From Escherichia virus TH06, in sequence record MT446386.1: DNA of 64,000 nt, one strand, 5' to 3'. The position numbers were made by a program, and so were the translations under genes. Below are positions 6,996-17,870 of the stretch, in pieces; the first letter of the stretch is position 1; the number at the start of each line of letters is the position of its first letter. Below the pieces are notes generated by a model. The model saw only the letters and a program-made list of their open reading frames with translations. It ran no database searches and had not been told where the DNA came from.

Positions 6996-8840
6996 GTGAG
7001 CAACCCGGACGCTCTTCCATTTTTGACAGAGATGACTGTCGCTGATATAATCTCTAAGCAAGCAAAGCACGGAGTGAGTTTCAACCGAAGAAATGCTCGG
7101 TGGTATGTTCACCTCCTTAAAGAGATTATTGTTAATATTGACAGAGAGCTGATTCCTCTCTTACCTAAGATGAGATTAGATGGCTCTACTTACATGAAGC
7201 CGTTTAAGAAGTCTGGAGCTTTACAGAAGTGGCCTCAAGCCTATTGTGATAGGGTTGGGCTGAAGAGAGAAGATATTGGTGGAGCTTTTACCTGTGTCGA
7301 ATACGTAGACTTTGACCCATCGAAAGATGCACGAGTTAAAGAAGCTCTTATGGATGAGGGCTTTCTTCCTCCAGAGTTTAACGTATCTAAGAAGCCTTGG
7401 AATACTTTCGAAATTAAGAAAGATATGAGAAAGTATGGAACATACCAAGCATGGTATACTGCTTGGATGCGAGGCAATGCTAAGCAGAAGCAGACAGCCG
7501 AGATGGTTGACGCTGATATTAAGAAGTTCTTAGAAAAGCATTTCAGGTTTAAGACTAAGAATTACATGAAGGCTTACGTATTTGGTTTGGGGTTGAACCC
7601 TAATCGCCGTAATCCTGTAACGTTTGATGAGATTAAGAAAGCACTAGCCACATCAAACAAGTGGCCTACAGCTCCTACAAACCTCGAGGAGACTCTTGAA
7701 GAAGGGTTAGGGGGTGAGCTAGGGAGTGTCGGAAGTTTGCTTAAGAGACGCGTTGTAGCGGCTCACAGGCTAGGTCTTATCAGTGGACTCATAGCAAAGG
7801 AACGCGAAGATGGTAAACTTTCGGCAGAAGCTAACAGCTGCGCTACGCCGACTTTTCGATTCAAACATCGTATCGTGGTTAATATTCCCTCCCGTGGTCT
7901 GTTTGGTCACGAGTGTCGCAGTTTGTTTGAGTCTGACTATAACTCAGACAGTGATCACTCTCGTCCTTTCGTTATTACTAACGTTGTTCCTGATGGTTGT
8001 TATATACGAAAAGGTACTAACGTAATTTACGAGAAAGGTAAGCCGGGGAAGAAAGACAAACCTGTAGGCGCTTACAAATATTATATACCCGCTGGTAAAG
8101 AAGTATTCTTAGGGTATGATGGTTCTGGACTTGAACTTCGTATGCTCGCTCACTACCTCATTAAAGAGTGTAGGGATATGCTTGCTGAGGCAATTGAAGA
8201 GAACAACCCAGCTAAGAAAGCTCTGGCAGAACGTGGTTTAGCTTCTGCTATTATATATCGTGATATTCTCCTTGAAGGTGATATCCACTCCCACAACCAG
8301 AAACTTGCTGGTCTTCCTACTCGTGACAACGCTAAAACGTTTATCTATGCATTCAACTACGGTGCTGGCGATGCTAAGCTTGGTTCAATTGTAGGTGGTG
8401 GGGCTGATGAAGGTTCAGTGATGCGAGCACGTTTCTTAGCAGAGAACCCATGTATTGCAATCCTCATTGATCGTATGACAGAGAAAGCTGCTCAAGGATA
8501 CTTGATTGGAGTTGATGGTCGTAAGATTACAATGAGACGGGATGCCACTGGTAAGGTTATGGTTCATAAAGCCCTTAACACACTCCTGCAATGTGCTGGT
8601 GCTGTTGTTATGAAATATGCTATGATGTTCCTTAACAAGTGGATTGAGAAAGATAAGGTTCGTTGTGCTAAGGTAATTGATATGCACGATGAAGGTCAAT
8701 TCTCAGTAAACCGTAATGATGTACAGAAACTCAAAGAACACACTGAGCTTTGTGTTAAGAAAGCTGGCGAGTATCTGAACATGGAATGTCCTCTGGCATC
8801 TGATTGTCAGATTGGACTTAACTGGATGCATACACACTAA
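6996..8840 (+). CDS. family A DNA polymerase (polymerase domain)
   Basis: Motif A YDGSGLELRMLAH, motif B RDNAKTFIYAFNYGAG, motif C VIDMHDEGQ; GTG start after AGGAG; no obvious 3'-5' exonuclease motifs. Confidence 0.85.
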   Translation: MSNPDALPFLTEMTVADIISKQAKHGVSFNRRNARWYVHLLKEIIVNIDRELIPLLPKMRLDGSTYMKPFKKSGALQKWPQAYCDRVGLKREDIGGAFTCVEYVDFDPSKDARVKEALMDEGFLPPEFNVSKKPWNTFEIKKDMRKYGTYQAWYTAWMRGNAKQKQTAEMVDADIKKFLEKHFRFKTKNYMKAYVFGLGLNPNRRNPVTFDEIKKALATSNKWPTAPTNLEETLEEGLGGELGSVGSLLKRRVVAAHRLGLISGLIAKEREDGKLSAEANSCATPTFRFKHRIVVNIPSRGLFGHECRSLFESDYNSDSDHSRPFVITNVVPDGCYIRKGTNVIYEKGKPGKKDKPVGAYKYYIPAGKEVFLGYDGSGLELRMLAHYLIKECRDMLAEAIEENNPAKKALAERGLASAIIYRDILLEGDIHSHNQKLAGLPTRDNAKTFIYAFNYGAGDAKLGSIVGGGADEGSVMRARFLAENPCIAILIDRMTEKAAQGYLIGVDGRKITMRRDATGKVMVHKALNTLLQCAGAVVMKYAMMFLNKWIEKDKVRCAKVIDMHDEGQFSVNRNDVQKLKEHTELCVKKAGEYLNMECPLASDCQIGLNWMHTH

Positions 8841-8845
8841 GGTGA

Positions 8846-9214
8846 GTGATGAAAGAAACCAATATCATCTACAGAACATTGAGATGTTTAGCTAAAGAGA
8901 GGGGGATGGAGGATTTCCTCCTCCAATATTATGAAATAACTAAGACTGGAATTTATCCAAAATGGTTTAGTGAAGATCACGGATTATGCTTCAACTTTCG
9001 CTGTTATAAGAGGTATTACTATTTCACAAAGCATTTAGATATTGACGACATGAAGAATATGTTTAACCAAGATAAATTCTCGGACCATACATACCCTTTT
9101 GGCTGTGACCAATATTTCAGAGATAGGGATAACAGATCACACCACAAGAACCAAAAAAGAATTACTTGGATTAAAGATACACTGAAAACTCTATATAATA
9201 TTGAGGTTGAGTGA
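8846..9214 (+). CDS. hypothetical protein (122 aa)
   Basis: Track ORF. Confidence 0.5.
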   Translation: MMKETNIIYRTLRCLAKERGMEDFLLQYYEITKTGIYPKWFSEDHGLCFNFRCYKRYYYFTKHLDIDDMKNMFNQDKFSDHTYPFGCDQYFRDRDNRSHHKNQKRITWIKDTLKTLYNIEVE

Positions 9215-9405
9215 TGAGTGTTCGTGGTTATTATGAATCTTGGGCCGTCTTCAGCGGTGGCTCCACTCTCGTAGCATTAAATGGTCAACTGTGTATCTTT
9301 GAGACAGAGAACTTAGCAATAACCAAAGCAGCAGAGCTAGTTCGAAAGTTTCCAAACAAGACATTCACAGTTAAAAGGATAGAAGTACCTGCATTGGTAG
9401 AGTGA
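9211..9405 (+). CDS. hypothetical protein (64 aa)
   Basis: Track ORF, start overlaps upstream stop. Confidence 0.45.
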   Translation: MMSVRGYYESWAVFSGGSTLVALNGQLCIFETENLAITKAAELVRKFPNKTFTVKRIEVPALVE

Positions 9406-9588
9406 ATAAATAAGACGAATGAACTATTCTTATTGATTGGTTCGTAACAAGGAGATTGAAGTGGAAGAGATGCCATCGGATTGGTGTTATCGTCAGAGCG
9501 CCATCTGTAATGAACAAGGTCGTCCTGATGAGGCTGAGTTCTATCTAGAGCTAGCCGAACTGTGGAAAGAACGAGAGGAGAAAGAGTG

Positions 9589-9756
9589 ATGGAAGGTATT
9601 TACCGTAAACCGCCTCCAAAATATAACATCCTTTATACTGATGCAACAGGTGAGTTTAGAAGTGTGTTAGTCTACACGGATGAAGAACGAAACCAAATGG
9701 TTGCTGCTATTGAAGCCAATGGTGGTACAATCATGCGAATTTATAACATAACATAA
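9589..9756 (+). CDS. hypothetical protein (55 aa)
   Basis: Internal ATG 9589 of track ORF 9562, preceded by GGAG. Confidence 0.4.
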   Translation: MEGIYRKPPPKYNILYTDATGEFRSVLVYTDEERNQMVAAIEANGGTIMRIYNIT

Positions 9757-9765
9757 GGAATATCA

Positions 9766-9942
9766 ATGACTGCTTCTGAATTAAAAGAAACCCTATCCAC
9801 TGAAGAAGGTAAAGCTTTCTTCTTATCTCAAGTACACTCTATGGGTAAAGATGCCCTTCGCCAAGCAGTCGTTGAGCTTACTGGTGTAGTGATTGACTTG
9901 AGTATTGAAAATGAAACACTTGAAGCTAAAGTGAACAGTTAA
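9766..9942 (+). CDS. hypothetical protein (58 aa)
   Basis: ATG 9766 after AAGGAA; followed by terminator. Confidence 0.4.
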   Translation: MTASELKETLSTEEGKAFFLSQVHSMGKDALRQAVVELTGVVIDLSIENETLEAKVNS

Positions 9943-9948
9943 ATAAGA

Positions 9949-9972
9949 AGCTGCCTTCGGGCGGCTTTTCTT
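9949..9972 (+). terminator. rho-independent terminator
   Basis: GCTGCC-TTCG-GGCGGC stem-loop followed by TTTTCTTGT. Confidence 0.5.
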
Positions 9973-9988
9973 GTCTAAAGGATTTGAC

Positions 9989-10381
9989 ATGAATATTGGT
10001 TTAGATTACGATGACACTTACACCTCAGATAAAAAGCTGTGGCGCTCTGTGGTGGCATTAATGCAAGAAAAGGGCTATGATGTACGCTTTGTAACTTATC
10101 GCTTTGCAGAGCCTAATGGGTACGATAATCACGACATTAAGATTGATGCAGAGTGTTTGCAGATTCCTATCATCTTTTGTAATGGTGTGCAGAAGGATGA
10201 GGTCTGTCGACAGCTAGGTTTCTTCGTAGATATCTGGATTGACGACTTCCCTGTTGGAATCCCCAAAAAGGACCACCTAGACGGTATGCTGAAGGGCGTA
10301 AGACTTAATGACCTTAGGGCAGCACCTCCTGTAGAAATAGCCGCTCCTGTGTACTCTGAAGAGCCTTTGGTGATTCGATGA
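9989..10381 (+). CDS. HAD-like phosphatase (possible nucleotidase)
   Basis: N-terminal IGLDYDDTYT fits HAD motif I (DxDxT); start moved to ATG 9989 downstream of the terminator. Confidence 0.45.
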   Translation: MNIGLDYDDTYTSDKKLWRSVVALMQEKGYDVRFVTYRFAEPNGYDNHDIKIDAECLQIPIIFCNGVQKDEVCRQLGFFVDIWIDDFPVGIPKKDHLDGMLKGVRLNDLRAAPPVEIAAPVYSEEPLVIR

Positions 10382-10554
10382 AGAAGATAATTCTTTGGGC
10401 TTTAGGTATAGCTCTATTCCTGTATCTGATTGATATCGGAGGAGATGCCAGTAGAGAAGACTGTGAAGTGAGATTGTCTCAAGAATTTAAGTCAGAGACA
10501 AAGTGGATTAACGGTCGATGCTATGTAAAAGATTGGGGAAGAACTTCTCGATGA
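10378..10554 (+). CDS. small protein with N-terminal TM/signal segment (58 aa)
   Basis: ATG overlaps upstream stop; MKKIILWALGIALFLYLIDIGG. Confidence 0.4.
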   Translation: MKKIILWALGIALFLYLIDIGGDASREDCEVRLSQEFKSETKWINGRCYVKDWGRTSR

Positions 10555-10712
10555 AAAAGTATAGTGTATGGTTTAACGAAGTAGAAGAAGGTTTTGATGA
10601 AGTTGGAGGATGGGTGAATATCCTAAACACTGACGACATAGAAGAGGCCGAGAAGTGCGCCCTAAACTACAACTCTGGGTATTATGAAAGAAATTGGGAA
10701 TATGAGGAATAA
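10551..10712 (+). CDS. hypothetical protein (53 aa)
   Basis: Internal ATG of track ORF 10518, overlapping upstream stop (ATGA). Confidence 0.4.
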   Translation: MKKYSVWFNEVEEGFDEVGGWVNILNTDDIEEAEKCALNYNSGYYERNWEYEE

Positions 10713-10714
10713 GA

Positions 10715-10936
10715 ATGATTTGGGTTCACACTTATAGAATTGGGAAGAAAGGGCTTACTACTATTCACACATCTGAAGACAGTGCTAAAGCATCTCAGGC
10801 TGTACTGAAAGGAAAGATCACACCTTATGTAGTCGCTGAAGAAAAGAAGAGTCCTCCAGTTTTGGAATACTTAGGAACAGGTAAAGCTTATACAGCACTG
10901 GATGTTATTAACAACAAACAAGGAGATGTGGCATAA
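10715..10936 (+). CDS. hypothetical protein (73 aa)
   Basis: Track ORF. Confidence 0.45.
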   Translation: MIWVHTYRIGKKGLTTIHTSEDSAKASQAVLKGKITPYVVAEEKKSPPVLEYLGTGKAYTALDVINNKQGDVA

Positions 10937-10938
10937 AA

Positions 10939-11154
10939 ATGGAATACATTGATAAATACTCAAGTGAAGACTCAACCAACGCTGAAGTTTTGTTCGTACT
11001 AAAAACAGACTGCCTCGAACATGGTCAGCTCATTAACTTTATGGAGTTGGCAAAACTTAAAGAAGAGATTGATCAACTATACAGCGATGAGCAATCCAGA
11101 TTACTTTCCCTGTCCCTGCTAGGTGACTTAACTTGTGATGGATGTACTATCTAA
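10939..11154 (+). CDS. hypothetical protein (71 aa)
   Basis: Track ORF. Confidence 0.45.
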   Translation: MEYIDKYSSEDSTNAEVLFVLKTDCLEHGQLINFMELAKLKEEIDQLYSDEQSRLLSLSLLGDLTCDGCTI

Positions 11155-11163
11155 GAGGTCTTT

Positions 11164-11667
11164 ATGGCTGAAGTTTATTTTGCAGGGGATGGTCACTTAG
11201 GCCATCGCAACATCTGTAGTTTTCGTAAGCAATTTAAAACCATCGAAGAACACGACAAAGCAATCCTAGCTGCATTTGATCATGTAACTAAGCGTGATAA
11301 AATCTTCTTTACCGGTGATTGGGTGTTTGAAAAGTATGCCCTTGATATCATCGCTGAAGTAAGAGGAGAGAAGCATCTAGTCTTAGGAAACCATGACAGG
11401 TTAGAACTTCTCCCTGATATGATGAAAGTCTTCCGTAGAATCTCTGGTGATTATAAATATAAAGAGTTTTGGGTAACTCATATTCCTATTCACACTGATG
11501 AGATGAGATGGAAGTTTAATATTTATGCTCATACCCATAACCACGTAATTGATGATTGGAGATATTTCTGTACATCAATGGAGCAAATTAACTATAAAGC
11601 TGTTTCTCTGCAAGAGATTAGGAAGGTCTTTGATGAAAGAAGAAAAGAACAAGATCTCGTTATTTAA
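11164..11667 (+). CDS. calcineurin-like metallophosphoesterase
   Basis: GDGHLGH, GDW, GNHD and HTHNH motifs. Confidence 0.65.
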   Translation: MAEVYFAGDGHLGHRNICSFRKQFKTIEEHDKAILAAFDHVTKRDKIFFTGDWVFEKYALDIIAEVRGEKHLVLGNHDRLELLPDMMKVFRRISGDYKYKEFWVTHIPIHTDEMRWKFNIYAHTHNHVIDDWRYFCTSMEQINYKAVSLQEIRKVFDERRKEQDLVI

Positions 11668-11912
11668 AGAACCTGTAGTACATAAAGACTCTATCAGAGA
11701 TCAATATAATGAGATGTTAAAGAAACAAGCTGATTCTAATCTTCGTTATCAGAGGATAGTAGAAAAATCTAACTTTAAAGGTTTACTTGAATGGTAACTT
11801 ATATCCTTTACTTTTTAGCTTTCTTAGGAATAATCTTTTTATCTATTCTTATTGAATTTGGTTTAAGTAAGTTAGTTAATTATTTAGGTAATAAGTAATT
11901 AATATTCTTTTA

Positions 11913-11976
11913 AATAGAGAATCAAAGTCCCTAGGAGTCCCTACAACCTAAATCAAGGATTCCTTAATTCTCTATT
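11913..11976. promoter_or_regulatory. 10-bp perfect inverted repeat (AATAGAGAAT / ATTCTCTATT) flanking a 44-nt segment with internal AGTCCCTA direct repeat
   Basis: Read directly; lies in a 410-bp intergenic region rich in further hairpins and an AT-rich tract. Confidence 0.35.
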
Positions 11977-12145
11977 TTTATCTCGCAGGTGGCTCCTGCC
12001 CTTCGGTACTTGCAAGGGATTCTGTGAATTGCCCAATATACAAGCCTGCAATAACTTTATCAGCTATACAATATATACATTACTAGTGTGATATATCTAC
12101 TACCAAAGATACTTATATTATATAGTACTCTTATCGGTATAAGCG

Positions 12146-12154
12146 TAATGTATA
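12146..12154 (+). promoter_or_regulatory. TAATGTATA element, candidate phage-sigma promoter
   Basis: Exact 9-mer about 60 nt upstream of ATG 12214. Confidence 0.4.
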
Positions 12155-12213
12155 CTATACATAACCGCTCAAAGAGAGCAACAATCTTTCAAATTAAATA
12201 AGGAAATTAAAAT

Positions 12214-12960
12214 ATGTCTATGATTCCAACTATCGCAACCGCTTCCCGTAAATCCAACTACGATGTAATCCCTGATGGTGAGTACGAAGCACGTATCGTT
12301 CGTGTAGTAGGTTTGGGTGTTCACAATCGTGACCCTTGGATTGACCCGAAGACCAAAGCAGTGACTCCTAAGAATCCGGCTTTCCGTATGGATTTAGCTT
12401 TCGAGCTGATTGGTGTTGATGCTACTGGTAAAGATTCCGATGGTAAGGCATTAGAACCACGTCCAGCTTGCCAGTTCAAGAGCTATGATGTAAACCCACG
12501 AGCTAAGAACTCTGGTATTCTTGATCTTTGCAAGATGATTGACCCAAGTATTCAAGCACTGAAAGGTGATCTATCTTGGTTCAAGGATGTTCTGTTAGGT
12601 CAGCCTGTTAACATTCTGGTTAACTCTTACACTAACAAAGCTGGTGAAGTTAAAAACTCCATCAAGACCATTTCTCCAATCCCAACCAAATATCGTGCAG
12701 CAGTTGGTGAAGCTCGTAGTCCTCTGGTATTCTTCGAACCGTATGCTGAAACCGATGAGAACGTAGCATCCTATCAACTGATGTTCCCGTTCCAGCGCAA
12801 CCTGCTTACTCAAGCTAATGACGCTAAGAACATGCCTCTGGCTGGTCGTGAAATTACTCGTGCTTCTGAAACAGAACAGAAAGAAGCTACTCCTTCAATC
12901 CCTACGATTGATAAAGAGCCTGCTTCTACTTACGAAGACGACAACGATAGCCCATTCTAA
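12214..12960 (+). CDS. putative single-stranded DNA-binding protein
   Basis: Acidic C-terminal tail ending DDNDSPF resembles SSB C-termini; own element upstream and terminator downstream. Confidence 0.4.
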   Translation: MSMIPTIATASRKSNYDVIPDGEYEARIVRVVGLGVHNRDPWIDPKTKAVTPKNPAFRMDLAFELIGVDATGKDSDGKALEPRPACQFKSYDVNPRAKNSGILDLCKMIDPSIQALKGDLSWFKDVLLGQPVNILVNSYTNKAGEVKNSIKTISPIPTKYRAAVGEARSPLVFFEPYAETDENVASYQLMFPFQRNLLTQANDAKNMPLAGREITRASETEQKEATPSIPTIDKEPASTYEDDNDSPF

Positions 12961-12981
12961 TAACTCTCCTTGTTATAGCTT

Positions 12982-13005
12982 AGCCACCTCCGGGTGGCTT
13001 TTTTC
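12982..13005 (+). terminator. rho-independent terminator
   Basis: AGCCACC-TCCG-GGTGGCT followed by TTTTTT. Confidence 0.65.
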
Positions 13006-13017
13006 GTTGGAGACAAC

Positions 13018-13368
13018 ATGCAAAACACATTAAGTGATAACTTAGGGTTTATCGTTTTCTCAGCTCTTGTATTCTTTGGTGGTATGAAGTTTAACGAATA
13101 TCAAACAGACAGCAGTAATCTGGACAAAGAGAAGCACCAGCAAGAGTTAGAGATTGAAAGAAGTAGAGCAGCTGATGAAGTTGCTCAGAGAGTTCTTACC
13201 GGTTTATCTAACTGGAAGAAGAACACGGAAACCGTTTATAAAGAGATGCATTATGAGAAAACTAAACCAGTTTTTTATAATGTCTGCGCTAGTGATGAGT
13301 ATGTCAGCTTGTTCAACGAGCGACAACAGCAGGCAATCAATGCCCTTACCAACAAACCTAAAAGCTGA
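13018..13368 (+). CDS. membrane-anchored coiled-coil protein, i-spanin (Rz)-like architecture
   Basis: Start at ATG 13018 after GGAGA; N-terminal TM LGFIVFSALVFFGGM then charged helical region with late Cys. Confidence 0.4.
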   Translation: MQNTLSDNLGFIVFSALVFFGGMKFNEYQTDSSNLDKEKHQQELEIERSRAADEVAQRVLTGLSNWKKNTETVYKEMHYEKTKPVFYNVCASDEYVSLFNERQQQAINALTNKPKS

Positions 13369-13512
13369 ATGTAGGGTTGACCTACCTCTTTTAGAAAGTG
13401 CTCAAGGAAAAGCACTAGCCACTACGTTGGAGTGGTATCAGGACCAGTACACAGAATGTGCTGCTAATCACAATGGATTGTTAGAAGCTCTGAAAGAGCG
13501 TGGAATAGAATA

Positions 13513-13513
<1 letters not shown>
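13253..13513 (+). CDS. putative lipoprotein in +1 frame overlapping the 3' part of the previous gene, o-spanin (Rz1)-like
   Basis: MRKLNQFFIMSALVMSMSAC lipobox-like signal, Pro-containing mature part with Cys; overlapped arrangement. Confidence 0.3.
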
Positions 13514-15005
<1,492 letters not shown>

Positions 15006-15009
<4 letters not shown>

Positions 15010-15899
15010 ATGAAGAGGTAAAAGCTTTAAAGAAAGCTCTTGCAATTAAAATCAAACATTTAAATTTCGTCAGAGATGAGTTGGAGGAGCTATCCAACTT
15101 ATCAGGATATGAGTTACAGAATGAGCTTGTAGAGTTTCAAATCAATATTGATGGCGGTAAATACGTAGAAACAACTAGAGCGATTTTACCTAAAGTTACT
15201 GGTAACAAAACTTCTCCAATAGACTACTCACATGACCACACGGAGCAATTAGAAATGGAATCTCAAGGCAATCCAGCACTGACCAATATGGTGGGAGATT
15301 CCCATTATAAGCCTTTAGTAGTAATTCTTAATGGGCCTCCGGGTTGTGGTAAAGATACGATAGCCAATGCTTGGGTTAATGCCCATTCATACCATCACAA
15401 TTATTCAACCAAATCCTTCAAGGAGCCAATGTACAAGGTAGCTGCTGCTGCACTAGGCATACCTCTAGAAAACTTTCTAGCACGCTATGAAGACCGTGAA
15501 TGGAAAGAAAAACCTAGACCAGAATGGGGAGGGAAGTCTGTAAGAGATTTGATGATTTCTACAAGTGAAGACTTCTTAAAACCTATGTTTGGCAATAATC
15601 ATATGGGGACTCTTGCTGTAAAGAGCATCAAACAAGAAGGGCTAGGTCAGGATGATATTGTCGTGTTTACTGACGGAGGTTTTGATGCAGAGGTACGAGA
15701 ACTAGAAAAGAATTTCCATGTCCAAGTTGTCCAAGTTCTTAGAGATGGTTGCTCTTTTGAGGGAGATTCTCGCTCATATATTGAAGGTGAGCAGAGAAAA
15801 ACATATCTACTGTATAATGACTCAACTGTTGAATCAGCAGTGTTAGATCTAGATTGGATTATTGATCAAGCTCGGGATGATATTTATGGAAGAAGTTAA
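15006..15899 (+). CDS. P-loop kinase, deoxynucleoside monophosphate kinase-like
   Basis: Walker A NGPPGCGKDT, later RDLM and FTDGG segments reminiscent of T4 gp1-type dNMP kinases; ATG 15006 overlaps upstream stop. Confidence 0.5.
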
Positions 15900-16704
15900 G
15901 CTCCCTGAAGTTGCTCTAGTGGATGCTGACGTTCTTCGATATGAAGTGGGTGCTCTTACTCAGGAGCATCCTTTTCTTGACACAGGACGTGTTCCAGTTG
16001 ATTACAATTTCATGATTGAACGACTTCAGTACAAGATTGATACGATCATATCTCGCTCAGGTTGCAGTAAGGTTGTATTCTACTTCAGCGAAGGTGGTAA
16101 CTTCCGTTTCGATGTTGCTAAGCAACAAGACTACAAGGCAAACAGACCTCCCGGAGAAAGACCTTTTCATTGGCAAAACGTTGGTGATTACATTAAAGCC
16201 AAGTACGAATACATTGAGGTCTTTGGGAGAGAAGCTGATGATGCACTAGCTGAAAGGCAACGTAGGGATAAGAATACTATCATCTGTACCAGAGACAAGG
16301 ATTTGTTGATAACTCCCGGATGGCATTATCGCTGGGCTTGTGGAGAAAGGCAGAAAGAAGTCCCTCCTCACTATGTATCTGATTTAGTCTCATGGCAAAA
16401 CTTCTTCTATCAAATGTTGATTGGAGACGGTACGGATAATATTTCCGGATGTGGGGAACGTGAAGAAGTCATGTGGGGTGGTAAGCTTCAGCTTCGACGT
16501 CAAGGAGTAGGGAAGAAGGCAGCAGCTAAATTACTAGCTGGTGTTACAGATAAGTGGACCATGTATCATATAGTACGAATGGAATATTATAAGAAGTTCG
16601 ATACTGAAGATGAAGAGAAGATGCTTGAGAATGCGCGGCTGCTCTTTGTTGGTCAGACTCCTGAAGACCTGTTCGACTGGACATGGTTAGATAAATCTTG
16701 GTAA
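15886..16704 (+). CDS. 5'-3' exonuclease (FEN / RNase H-like flap endonuclease)
   Basis: KANR, EADD, TRDKDLL and GDGTDNISG motifs; start at internal ATG 15886. Confidence 0.7.
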   Translation: MEEVKLPEVALVDADVLRYEVGALTQEHPFLDTGRVPVDYNFMIERLQYKIDTIISRSGCSKVVFYFSEGGNFRFDVAKQQDYKANRPPGERPFHWQNVGDYIKAKYEYIEVFGREADDALAERQRRDKNTIICTRDKDLLITPGWHYRWACGERQKEVPPHYVSDLVSWQNFFYQMLIGDGTDNISGCGEREEVMWGGKLQLRRQGVGKKAAAKLLAGVTDKWTMYHIVRMEYYKKFDTEDEEKMLENARLLFVGQTPEDLFDWTWLDKSW

Positions 16705-16717
16705 TAAGGATATTATA

Positions 16718-16897
16718 ATGGGTAAATTTGATTATCGTTCATATGATGAAAACTACTCCAACCGTGAATCTCGTAAAGACCAAAAGATTAAACATCAACT
16801 GTTTGATCAGAGAACTGGTCGTATTCCTCGTGAGGGTAAGGTGAGCCATCGTGTAAACAAACGAGTTTGGGAAGAAGCTGATTATGGCGAAGTCTGA
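16718..16897 (+). CDS. small hypothetical protein (59 aa)
   Basis: ATG 16718 after AAGGA; fills gap before next gene. Confidence 0.35.
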   Translation: MGKFDYRSYDENYSNRESRKDQKIKHQLFDQRTGRIPREGKVSHRVNKRVWEEADYGEV

Positions 16898-17285
16898 GAA
16901 GACTCGCTGTAGTGGAATGTGGACTGAAGCTCGTTACAACTCTTTCATCAAGTCAGGGATTCGTTCTCTGACTAGAAAGTGGAAGCCCATGTTCGATGCA
17001 CTAGCAGACGCCAAGACAGAGCAGAAGATTAATCCAAAGACAGGTAGACTGGCAATGCACTTTAAGTGTGCCATGTGTGGTTCTGACCACCCTGTAAAGG
17101 ATATGGCTATTGACCACATAGAACCTATAGTTCCTCTTGACCACGAAGCAACTTGGGATGAGATCATCTCTCGTGCTCTGTGTGAGAAAGAAGGTTTTCA
17201 GGTTCTGTGTAAAGACCCTTGTCATAAGATTAAAACAAAAGAAGAGAATGATGCAAGAAAACAATTCAAAAAAGGAAATGAGTGA
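16884..17285 (+). CDS. HNH nuclease
   Basis: CAMCG...DMAIDHIEPI...CKDPCHKIK fits the HNH zinc-finger nuclease motif. Confidence 0.6.
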   Translation: MAKSEKTRCSGMWTEARYNSFIKSGIRSLTRKWKPMFDALADAKTEQKINPKTGRLAMHFKCAMCGSDHPVKDMAIDHIEPIVPLDHEATWDEIISRALCEKEGFQVLCKDPCHKIKTKEENDARKQFKKGNE

Positions 17286-17505
17286 TGATCAAAAATCTAC
17301 GCAACAAGTGCTTCGCTTTCGCTATCGCAATTGGAGAGGCGAGGTTTCTGACCGGTCCGTTATTCCACTCCGAACCTCCGTTGCTAGCTCCCGTTTTCAT
17401 AACGGTGGCAAACCTTGTTGGATTATGACAGCAATAGATGTAGAGAAAGATGAGATTCGAGAATTCAAACTCTCTGACATTATTCAGTATTATGATTTAA
17501 TCTAG
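17278..17505 (+). CDS. hypothetical protein (75 aa)
   Basis: Internal ATG 17278 of track ORF 17137, overlapping upstream stop. Confidence 0.4.
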   Translation: MSDDQKSTQQVLRFRYRNWRGEVSDRSVIPLRTSVASSRFHNGGKPCWIMTAIDVEKDEIREFKLSDIIQYYDLI

Positions 17506-17513
17506 GAACTGAC

Positions 17514-17675
17514 ATGATCACACAAGCAGATAAAAATAAACTCTTCGACTTAATCCATGACCTACTAGAAGCTCAGAGCTTTATTGACAATGCCGATACT
17601 TGGGAGATGGAAGCAGCTGGAAAAGCTTTTGATGAAAGTGAAGAGAAACTTACTAATTTTATAAACACAATCTAG
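17514..17675 (+). CDS. small acidic hypothetical protein (53 aa)
   Basis: ATG 17514 after AGGA; no stops to 17675. Confidence 0.35.
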   Translation: MITQADKNKLFDLIHDLLEAQSFIDNADTWEMEAAGKAFDESEEKLTNFINTI

Positions 17676-17832
17676 GGGGAGTTATATGAATGAAGAAGTT
17701 GTTATTCTTGGAAGTAAATCAGATTGGTTCTACGGAGGCATCTCAGGATGCTTTGAAGATGAACATCCAGACTTCTGAAGAGAATTGGGATGTATGACGA
17801 ATTTGATGGTTTTTAAAACTTAGAAACAAATA

Positions 17833-17869
17833 AAGCCCTCTTGGATTTCTCCTTGAGGGCTTTTCTTTT
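17833..17869. terminator. bidirectional terminator at the convergence of plus-strand and minus-strand gene blocks
   Basis: AAGCCCTC...GAGGGCTT inverted repeat with T-run on plus strand and A-run upstream. Confidence 0.5.
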
Positions 17870-17870
17870 A

